NCBI GenBank assembly: GCA_048886185.1
Contig: JBHLKY010000013.1
Coordinates: 30,001-62,000, forward strand
Direction of reading: 5' to 3'
Origin: Candidatus Hermodarchaeota archaeon
GTDB lineage: Archaea; Asgardarchaeota; Heimdallarchaeia; Hodarchaeales; Hodarchaeaceae
DNA length: 32,000 nt
Positions 8,612-16,068 of this stretch are shown one piece after another. Both the position numbers and the translations under genes were made by a program. A model generated the notes under the pieces. That model was not told the origin of the DNA. It made no database searches and saw only the letters and a list, made by a program, of their open reading frames with translations. Positions within the stretch are counted from its first letter, which is position 1. The number at the start of each line of letters is the position of its first letter.

Positions 8612-10069
8612 TTAAATCAGATGCACATACTTCAAGGTAAACTGCCTTTTTAAACAAGATATATCCATAATATTTGTGCCAACAACTTCATCATTGTAAA
8701 GAAAAAGTTCGAGAAGTCGTGCTATAACGATAGAATCACAGGACTCACGTGATTGATCCCTGAAATCCCATAAAGATAAGTACCACTTCTCCTCCTGAAA
8801 TTGCTTTCTATCAATCATACAATCTTGTTTTTCAAGCTTAGTTTTGCTTTTATAAATGAATTTTCCTTTTTGAAATACTAAAACTTCATAGTAGCAATGA
8901 TTAAAGATAACTGTTGAGTTGAATTTGGTGACAACCTCCCAGTTTCCTACAGGTTGATGTTGAACGGTGATTTTATCACGTAATCTTAATCCATGATTCA
9001 TAACATAATCAAATAGATGATTAAGAGTTAATAAATTTTCTGAATCACTCAATGAGTCATAGAGGATCACCAAAATACGACCAGGAAATAATTCATTAAG
9101 AGTTTCTGAAAAATTCGTGTTGAGAATATTCCGAGTTGTATTTCGGCAGTCTAAAAGCAATAAATGGTGTTTATAATTATTATCGATAGAATTGTACTCT
9201 TTCAATGCTTGGGGCAATAATGAATGATCAAGAGAATGGCTTATATTACTTTTTTCTTCTTCTGAATCTACTTCTGGCAGATGAATGATAGTTAATTGAT
9301 CTACATTGAAGTAACTAGTTAAATTTCCAGAAGTAAAACCTGATTTTTTGCGAATTATAGGTATTAAGTCTTCCACAATCTCTATTCCAATTGAATGACG
9401 TTTCATCTCCCTTGCAACTTTCATTGTTGTTCCTGATCCAAGAAACGGATCATAAATCCATGAACCCTTGCGAGAAAAGATTTCAATAAGTCTTTTAGGA
9501 AGTTCATCTGGGAAAGCAGCAACATCCTTTTCAAGACGGCCTTTCAAAGGTAAGACATTCGTTATCTCCCAAATATCATCAATTTGAATGTTTTTATTAC
9601 TAGGAAGATGCAAAGAGAGTGGTTTCTGGAAGATAAGAATATTCTCAATTAAGTTGTCTGGATAATAGTACATTGGATAGGGATTTTGTAATAAGACCCC
9701 ACTTCGTCTACTGATACGAATATATCCTTCTGGTTTCCTCCATACGATCCTCCCTTTCAATTTATAACCTATACTAGAGAATATCTTAATGATATCAGAG
9801 ATAATTGGGTACTTGATGCCCTTTACAAGCATATCATCAATATTTAAACCTACGATCCCTCCAATAGTTAATGCTTCGAAACTAAGCTCCCCAAATCTAG
9901 CAATCATCTCTAAGAACGTCTCATAATTCTGGAAAAGTTCCCTATAATCAAAAGGGGCATTAAAATATGGTGGTGAGGTCACTAAAAGATCAAAAGCTGG
10001 ATATTCAAGAATCTGTTTCGCTTTTGTGCAGTCTCCAATTAGGAGAAGATGTTTTGTGATCGTGATCAT
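8612..10069 (-). CDS. Beta-class (N4-C/N6-A) DNA methyltransferase with a degenerate second MTase-like domain
   Basis: LLIGDC...DLLVTSPPYFN (motif IV) precedes IYDPFLGSGTT...IGIEI (motif I), which is beta order. The C-terminal 185 aa repeat the same scaffold without the catalytic motifs. Confidence 0.9.
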   Translation of the reverse strand: MITITKHLLLIGDCTKAKQILEYPAFDLLVTSPPYFNAPFDYRELFQNYETFLEMIARFGELSFEALTIGGIVGLNIDDMLVKGIKYPIISDIIKIFSSIGYKLKGRIVWRKPEGYIRISRRSGVLLQNPYPMYYYPDNLIENILIFQKPLSLHLPSNKNIQIDDIWEITNVLPLKGRLEKDVAAFPDELPKRLIEIFSRKGSWIYDPFLGSGTTMKVAREMKRHSIGIEIVEDLIPIIRKKSGFTSGNLTSYFNVDQLTIIHLPEVDSEEEKSNISHSLDHSLLPQALKEYNSIDNNYKHHLLLLDCRNTTRNILNTNFSETLNELFPGRILVILYDSLSDSENLLTLNHLFDYVMNHGLRLRDKITVQHQPVGNWEVVTKFNSTVIFNHCYYEVLVFQKGKFIYKSKTKLEKQDCMIDRKQFQEEKWYLSLWDFRDQSRESCDSIVIARLLELFLYNDEVVGTNIMDISCLKRQFTLKYVHLI

Positions 10070-10272
10070 TTTTCTTCAACTTTGTCGTCAAACAAGGATT
10101 TGACGACTTAATTAGTAACTAATTATCCATTTTTTTTTCAGTTATTGATTGGTGCTTTCTTTTCTTTTTTCTTTTTAAGTAAAAGTCAAAAAATTCATAA
10201 CATTATTATTGTTGTATGATTAAATAACATTTCTGCCTCTATCTTTCTATTATATTAAGGAGTCAAGTAAGA

Positions 10273-11541
10273 ATGGAGTTAAAACAACCAGATAGTGCGC
10301 GTAATTCAACTACTGCCAAACCTAGTTTTATGGTTGACTTTGCTAATGCTTCTCTTTCAACAATATTTTCAATTTTGTTGTGGATCCTATTCTTCCAGTA
10401 CTATCCAGTATTGGGAAGCATTATCCCGCTTTTCTTTGGTATCTCTGTTGGAACTCTAGTTGGGACAGTGATAATAATTTTCTTCACTTATTCGATCCTT
10501 GTCCGGTGGTTTGAAATCTGGGCATATCAAATCGCTTCGTGGCGTTATCCCATCCCATACATGAACTATCGTACAAAGTGTCCATTTCTTCAGCGACGAT
10601 ATCTTACCTTTTCCTGCAGAGCTGAACAAATCGCTCCCTTTGATATCCCAGCCTTTGAGAAATGTCACAAATCATTAATGTGGGAAGCATGTTGGCCTGA
10701 GCGAATTCCTTCAATATTACAAGTGTATGATGAGGCGCCTCCAAATGTAAAGCAGCAGTATTCTTTTATTCTTGCAGCAATGAAAGAAATCGCTTCACCT
10801 GCAGCAGACAAAATGTATGAAGCTCTAACTTCTGAAACCTTAGAAATCCAGGCAAGAGTATCTGCAGGATATGCATTAGAAGAAATGAAAAACGAGAGAG
10901 GAATTGAACCATTAATTTCAATGCTTGGACAATTCGATCAACGTACAAACCAAATGATCCAAGCAATTTTAGTCCGTTATAAAGATATGGCGATGCCCTA
11001 TCTAATTAGTGCAATTCAGAATTGTGAGGGCGATATGCAGTGTGGGACAATCGTTGAAATATTAGGGAAGATAAAACATGATGATAGTGTTGCTACGATA
11101 GAAAATTTATTAACAAACGAAGAAACAGGGGAAGTTACGAGGTTACAATCAATTTATGCATTACAAGAAGTTGGGAGTGAGAAAGCAATGAAGGCTCTTG
11201 TTTCATATTTTAAATCCGCGCCTGCAGAGGAGCATGATATTATTAAAGATGTGTTATTGAATCAAAAATTGATAAGCTTCCCATTATTGATAGAGCTCTT
11301 ATCAGATCCAGAAACTCCAGAAGATTACTATACACGTATTGGTGATATTCTTGCAGATGTTGATGCAATAACATATGATAGATTTTTCACAAAACTCGGT
11401 GAATTAAAAGGATTGGATACCGTTCACAAATTAGCAACAATCTTAAAGGAAAACACTCCAGAAGAAGAAGAATTTCAAAGATTACATGAAGTACTTTCAA
11501 AGCATCAAACTTCTATCCAATCTGAAAATTCAATGGACTGA
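10273..11541 (+). CDS. Membrane-anchored HEAT (PBS-lyase-type) repeat protein with a Cys-rich linker
   Basis: Two hydrophobic segments at about aa 26-46 and 50-76, then CX11CX15CX8C, then HEAT-like repeats (ARVSAGYALEEM..ERGIEPLISML; IVEILGKIKHDDSVATIENLL; TRLQSIYALQEVGSEKAMKALVSYF). Confidence 0.8.
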   Translation: MELKQPDSARNSTTAKPSFMVDFANASLSTIFSILLWILFFQYYPVLGSIIPLFFGISVGTLVGTVIIIFFTYSILVRWFEIWAYQIASWRYPIPYMNYRTKCPFLQRRYLTFSCRAEQIAPFDIPAFEKCHKSLMWEACWPERIPSILQVYDEAPPNVKQQYSFILAAMKEIASPAADKMYEALTSETLEIQARVSAGYALEEMKNERGIEPLISMLGQFDQRTNQMIQAILVRYKDMAMPYLISAIQNCEGDMQCGTIVEILGKIKHDDSVATIENLLTNEETGEVTRLQSIYALQEVGSEKAMKALVSYFKSAPAEEHDIIKDVLLNQKLISFPLLIELLSDPETPEDYYTRIGDILADVDAITYDRFFTKLGELKGLDTVHKLATILKENTPEEEEFQRLHEVLSKHQTSIQSENSMD

Positions 11542-11624
11542 GAATCACTTCTCATTTTAATGAAAAGAAAACGTAAGTGCTGTCGATAGAACTTCTTTAG
11601 ACTCTCCTTTATATTTAATTCCAG

Positions 11625-11822
11625 TTAAGCTTGGATAAGAACCTTCCAACCTAACTCTTCAAGATTACCTACAAAATCGCGGATAAATGGTCTTTCCTTC
11701 AGAGAAACATCATTTAAGCTAGATATTTTTTTTTCATTAAGCCAAAGTTCTATTTGCTGTCCAGGAAAATGAACAGTCTTTAATTTCTTTGGTACATAAT
11801 AATTTCGGAGCATCTGTCTCAC
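11625..11822 (-). CDS. Small hypothetical protein, possibly beta-grasp/ubiquitin-like; 5' end may be frameshifted
   Basis: 65-aa ORF from GTG. In-frame upstream codons read VPVNLT back to a TAA at 11841-11843. A GGGAG + ATG (11863) in another frame encodes MLIFISIKFL*. Confidence 0.5.
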   Translation of the reverse strand: MRQMLRNYYVPKKLKTVHFPGQQIELWLNEKKISSLNDVSLKERPFIRDFVGNLEELGWKVLIQA

Positions 11823-12162
11823 AGTTAAATTTACAGGAACTTAATAGATATAAAAATGAGCATGTCTCCCTAATTTCGAAGAAATATCGTTCCTAGATAA
11901 CTATAGGTAGGTTAAATAGACGACAAAAAATTACAATTTTAGAAATATAGCGTGAGATACTTTGGATGAAAATATTAGCATGAGAATTTTTCACTTGATT
12001 AATTGTCAAGTGATTCATGATTCTTGGATATTTGACGAAATTAACAAAAGATAATCAAAAGTACACCAAATAAAGTTGGACGGGCTTACCTAGTGATAGG
12101 GCTGTAAGTACAATCAATCATGAAATGATCTGAGAATAGATTAGTAAATAGGAGAGTTTTTA

Positions 12163-12861
12163 TTGAATGTGATAATTTTTTTTGAGTCTGCACTCGAATT
12201 AATTCCAGAATCATTACGGAAACACCCTCTAATTCGAAAAAAATGGCAGAAAAGCCTGAAAAAGAAAAATAGGGGGATATTATTAGATGGGGCTGAACAT
12301 CGCCCTTTACTAGAGTGCTTAGAAGATGTAGAGAAGCGGGGAAGACCTGATATTATCCATCATTCATTGATTAACATTGTTTATTCTTCTTTATTTAGAG
12401 AAGAAAAGATTCAAGTTATTGTTCATACAAGAAACAATCTCTGCATTAAGATTCCGTCACATTGGAGGTTACCAGTGAATTATAATAGGTTTTGTGGATT
12501 GTTTTCTCAACTTTTATTAAAGCAACGGGTGCCCCTCACTGGTGACCCTATCCTTATTGCTAAAATTCAAACTCTGAGTAAATTATTGCAACAATTTGAA
12601 ACTTCGGACATCTATTTGTGTGATGTTCCAACAAATAGAACAAAAGATCTAATTAATATCTCAAATTTAACAGAGATTCCCAAATCATCCTCAAAAATTT
12701 TTTTAATAGGAGGATTTCAATCTGGTGAGGCTGAATTGAACACTTTAGACTCTGAAAGTTCCATTCAAAACATATTTCTTCTCACTTTATATGATGAAGT
12801 CAAACCAGCTTGGGTCATTGCAGCTAAGCTTATTCATTGGTTTGAAATTTATGGTTTGTGA
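12163..12861 (+). CDS. nep1: 16S rRNA pseudouridine N1-methyltransferase Nep1/Emg1 (SPOUT family)
   Basis: Motifs ESALELIP, RGRPDIIHHSL, VHT, RLPVNYNRFCGLFSQLL and FLIGGFQSG. TTG start preceded by AGGAGAG. Confidence 0.93.
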   Translation: MNVIIFFESALELIPESLRKHPLIRKKWQKSLKKKNRGILLDGAEHRPLLECLEDVEKRGRPDIIHHSLINIVYSSLFREEKIQVIVHTRNNLCIKIPSHWRLPVNYNRFCGLFSQLLLKQRVPLTGDPILIAKIQTLSKLLQQFETSDIYLCDVPTNRTKDLINISNLTEIPKSSSKIFLIGGFQSGEAELNTLDSESSIQNIFLLTLYDEVKPAWVIAAKLIHWFEIYGL

Positions 12862-12867
12862 TCTCTA

Positions 12868-13455
12868 ATGATAGTAAGGGTACTAATAGCTAGTTCTAAC
12901 CCCATTAAGGTTAGAGCAGCTCGTGAATCTTTTTCGTATTTTTATGAAGAATTAGAATTTTCGGAGCTAGATGCCAAGGATCTCGATCCACATTGTGTTC
13001 ATCTAAAATCACAACCAATAGGGGAAAAAGAAACATATGAATCATCAAGATGGAGAGTTAAGCAAGCAAGAAATCAGAATCCTAATTTTAATTATTATGT
13101 AGGAATTGAAGGAGGGGTTGTTTTAACAGCTCATAATCAACCTAGAATTGTTGTTTATAGCTCTATAGGTGATCAAACATTTATTTCAACAGTAAGAGGG
13201 TGTGAAATCCCTCTGCCTTTAAGATGGTATGAGGAACTAGTGAGTTCTCCTCACAAAGAATTGGGTGATATAGTATCAAAAATCAGCGGGGTTGACAATA
13301 TTAAACAAAAAGAGGGAGCTGTGGGCTTTTTAACCCAGAATTTCATAAAAAGGATTGATATTTTAAAGCAGAGTATGATGATGGCATTGATTCCTTTCTT
13401 GAATCCCAGATTTTTTGTCGGAAAAAGAAAAATCATTAATATGGGGGAGTATTAA
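12868..13455 (+). CDS. yjjX: Non-canonical purine NTP phosphatase (YjjX/DUF84 inosine/xanthosine triphosphatase)
   Basis: Motifs IASSNPIKVRA, SQPIGEKET, VGIEGG, ELGD and KQKEGAVGFLT. Lies 6 bp downstream of nep1. Confidence 0.9.
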   Translation: MIVRVLIASSNPIKVRAARESFSYFYEELEFSELDAKDLDPHCVHLKSQPIGEKETYESSRWRVKQARNQNPNFNYYVGIEGGVVLTAHNQPRIVVYSSIGDQTFISTVRGCEIPLPLRWYEELVSSPHKELGDIVSKISGVDNIKQKEGAVGFLTQNFIKRIDILKQSMMMALIPFLNPRFFVGKRKIINMGEY

Positions 13456-13504
13456 TCTTAAACTAAAAGAATCATTTAGAATTGATGAAGGAATTTGAAA
13501 TTTA

Positions 13505-14032
13505 ATGCGTTCTATTCAACCAATCAACAAATACACAAAATTTCCTAAGCAAATTGATCAAATCAAGCAATGGTTGGATCTTTTAAGATTAGAGTATGTC
13601 ATATTGTCTGATTCTCATGATGGAAGCTATACATTCCTTCTTCCGATTAAAAATAGTCCTGATATAAATATCACATTGGAAAAGGACTTTTCACATATTT
13701 CTTTTTTTTCAAATGGATTAACTCGATTAGCGAGCGAGCCAAAAGATGTTGTTCACACGTTTCTCCGTCAAGTAATGAAAATTCAAGGGCATTATTTCAC
13801 CAGTAGAGTTGTCTCAACCAGTTCCCAAGAAGATCTTCGTGTATTCATTGGATTTCGATTTGACGAAATGTCAATGTACCGTTTTTCGAGAAAAATTCGT
13901 GAATTGATCCAATTTGTCAAAGAAATATCGGAGTTGATTGAAAAATTTAAAATGAATGAACTTTGGCGAGATACTGAACAAGAACCACGATATCCAGAAA
14001 TTGATGTTCGAGAAAGAATACGGTTTCTTTAA
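13505..14032 (+). CDS. Hypothetical protein, possibly YbjN/CesT-like chaperone fold
   Basis: 175-aa ORF with a helix, strands, helix, strands, long helix pattern reminiscent of YbjN-type domains. No diagnostic motif. Confidence 0.6.
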   Translation: MRSIQPINKYTKFPKQIDQIKQWLDLLRLEYVILSDSHDGSYTFLLPIKNSPDINITLEKDFSHISFFSNGLTRLASEPKDVVHTFLRQVMKIQGHYFTSRVVSTSSQEDLRVFIGFRFDEMSMYRFSRKIRELIQFVKEISELIEKFKMNELWRDTEQEPRYPEIDVRERIRFL

Positions 14033-14038
14033 CTAATG

Positions 14039-14554
14039 TCAAAATGGTTTTTTTCGCCAACTTAGAATAGTCTCCAGCCAACATACAATTACAGCAAAGA
14101 ACCCGAAAATCAGGGCAAAAACTTCCCCTGTAGAGAATGGTATTGTTAAAAAGAAGATAAAATATCCTCCAAATAATACTGAGATGAATATTGCGTAAAA
14201 GAAGAATCTAGGCAGAGTAAAGTTACCAACCATTATGAACTGATTTAGAGCACCAATGTCTATCTTTTTAGCTATTTCATAGTTACCAAAACGATTTTTC
14301 CGTACAATTCCTAATGTTTCCAATTTTTCAAGATGATAACTAGAAACACTAGGAGACGAGAGATCCAGATTTCGTTGGATTTCCCTAACTCCCGCAGCCC
14401 CTTTTTTTCGCATTAAATAGAAATAGACGTCTAAGGTGGTGCCCTTAATCACACTTTCATAGTTTATCTCTAGGGGTTTATTGTTTTCCCCCTCTTGGGT
14501 CTCTGTAAAACTTTTAACTCTCCTGATTACATTTTTTGTATATTGATGAACCAT
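14039..14554 (-). CDS. Winged-HTH (ArsR-like) regulator with two C-terminal transmembrane helices
   Basis: TTLDVYFYLMRKKGAAGVREIQRNLDLSSPSVSSYHLEKLETLGIV is a wHTH. Two hydrophobic segments follow: FFFYAIFISVLFGGYFIFFL and VFALIFGFFAVIVCWL. Confidence 0.85.
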   Translation of the reverse strand: MVHQYTKNVIRRVKSFTETQEGENNKPLEINYESVIKGTTLDVYFYLMRKKGAAGVREIQRNLDLSSPSVSSYHLEKLETLGIVRKNRFGNYEIAKKIDIGALNQFIMVGNFTLPRFFFYAIFISVLFGGYFIFFLTIPFSTGEVFALIFGFFAVIVCWLETILSWRKKPF

Positions 14555-14695
14555 CTTTAGGCCTCAAAAAAAGTTATGCTTTTACATTTCACTAAGCTTT
14601 ATCCACAATATTAAAATAAAATACGTCTGGTGTAGTCACTGACACTTATTATAGATCTACTGTAATAAACAAAATTAAAGGAGCTCTGTCATCAA

Positions 14696-15160
14696 ATGGT
14701 TATTCGATCATCTGAATCTGAAAAGATCGATTCCCTTCATGATATCATATCTTCACTTGAAACAACGGCTCAAGTAAGACCAGAGATAGGAAAGTACGCA
14801 ATATCTCTTTCAAACAGGCTTTTAGCTTTGACTAAGGATTATTATGCCAGTTTAATCTTTCTATTTACAACTCCACTCTCATTTCATCAAAGGTTAATAT
14901 TAATGCAATTAATCTCTCTCTATCCCCAAGGAAGTTCAGGAATTGATTTAGCGCGAGCATTGGGAATCTCTGTTCAATCAAAATCTATCTATCGTGATCT
15001 AAAGGCCTTAGAAAAACATAGACTTGTCCGAATTGATGAGGTTCACTCCCGTTTGAAGTTTGCATACGCAAATTATGATAATCTAATGATTAATAGGTTA
15101 ATTGAGCTTGTAAAACTCCATGGGGAATCTTTACAGGCATTACTTACTGAAAAAAAATAA
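14696..15160 (+). CDS. Winged-HTH DNA-binding protein
   Basis: QRLILMQLISLYPQGSSGIDLARALGIS...SIYRDLKALEKHRLV, preceded by a helical N-terminal extension. Confidence 0.78.
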   Translation: MVIRSSESEKIDSLHDIISSLETTAQVRPEIGKYAISLSNRLLALTKDYYASLIFLFTTPLSFHQRLILMQLISLYPQGSSGIDLARALGISVQSKSIYRDLKALEKHRLVRIDEVHSRLKFAYANYDNLMINRLIELVKLHGESLQALLTEKK

Positions 15161-15174
15161 ATGGGTATAAAAAA

Positions 15175-15819
15175 ATGTTATTATTACCAGAAAAGATAAT
15201 TTGGAGACATCAAATCCTCTTTATAGCCATTTTTACTACTAGTCTTACTATAATGGGTTTAATCGTTACTTTACAAACTCTAATCCAAGATTATGACAGA
15301 GAATCGTTTTTCGAGGCTACAAGTTCATCTGAAGCAAGAGATTTTTTAAATACAATAGAAATTTATAATCCCTTATTCATAATCATTAGTTCGCTAATTT
15401 TTATGATAGGATTACTGCTTCTAATTGAATCTTTATTCTTTTGGATTCCTTCTTTAACAGACATCCCTGTATTCGGGAGAAATGGAAAGATGATCTGGAC
15501 AAAGAAATTCCTCGGTTTTCCTGAAAGAGTATTATCTCTTCAAGATACAGATACTAGAATCGTCATCCGTCGAAAACGATCCTCTCTAAGAGGATTACTT
15601 CTGAGGGAATTTACAATGGAGGTATACATTCCCCTAGATAGACCTGAATTCAAACAAATTTCTGATTTCACTTCTATGGAAAAGATTAATACAACTCCTA
15701 CTCATAAAGTTCTTGTTAAAACTGTCAAGTTTAAATACTTACCCCTCCAGATCATCCAAATTAAGTCGATATTAGCTTTAATGCTAAAGTCTCAATTCGA
15801 TACTTTCTCTAATGTGTGA
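15175..15819 (+). CDS. Hypothetical membrane protein (2 TM plus soluble beta-rich C-terminal domain)
   Basis: Hydrophobic segments at about aa 13-36 and 65-92. Lies 14 bp downstream of the wHTH gene and is probably cotranscribed with it. Confidence 0.7.
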   Translation: MLLLPEKIIWRHQILFIAIFTTSLTIMGLIVTLQTLIQDYDRESFFEATSSSEARDFLNTIEIYNPLFIIISSLIFMIGLLLLIESLFFWIPSLTDIPVFGRNGKMIWTKKFLGFPERVLSLQDTDTRIVIRRKRSSLRGLLLREFTMEVYIPLDRPEFKQISDFTSMEKINTTPTHKVLVKTVKFKYLPLQIIQIKSILALMLKSQFDTFSNV

Positions 15820-16068
15820 GACAACATCACTTCAAAATCATACTAATCATAAACAGGTTTAACAAATTTACTACGCTCTGGAAAGTTCTTTGTATTATCA
15901 ATTGATACTAAGAAGTCATCGAACCGTGATATCCGACAAGAACTATTTGGAGTAGTAATAATAGTTGCGAGGGAATCATTTTACAAAATGAAGGAGAATA
16001 TTTTTTAATGGTCAATGAAAGAGGATCTATCACATTAAATATTAATAAATAAGAAGTTGAAATATTAG

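Noticed and set aside
10456-10966. Minus-strand ORFs of 70 and 66 aa
   Set aside because: They are antisense to the HEAT-repeat gene and have no independent support.
12075-12133. Possible C/D-box guide RNA: GTTGGACGGGC resembles the antisense of the conserved 16S 1400 region, and a CTGA lies at 12130
   Set aside because: There is no proper RUGAUGA C box, no CUGA-like box directly after the putative guide, and complementarity breaks on both sides of a 7-nt core.
15853-16008. Start-less 51-codon plus-strand frame (TGLTNLLRSGKFFVLSID...KENIF*) upstream of gelsolin
   Set aside because: It has no start codon after the upstream TAA, is not in frame with a neighbouring gene and has no recognisable motif.
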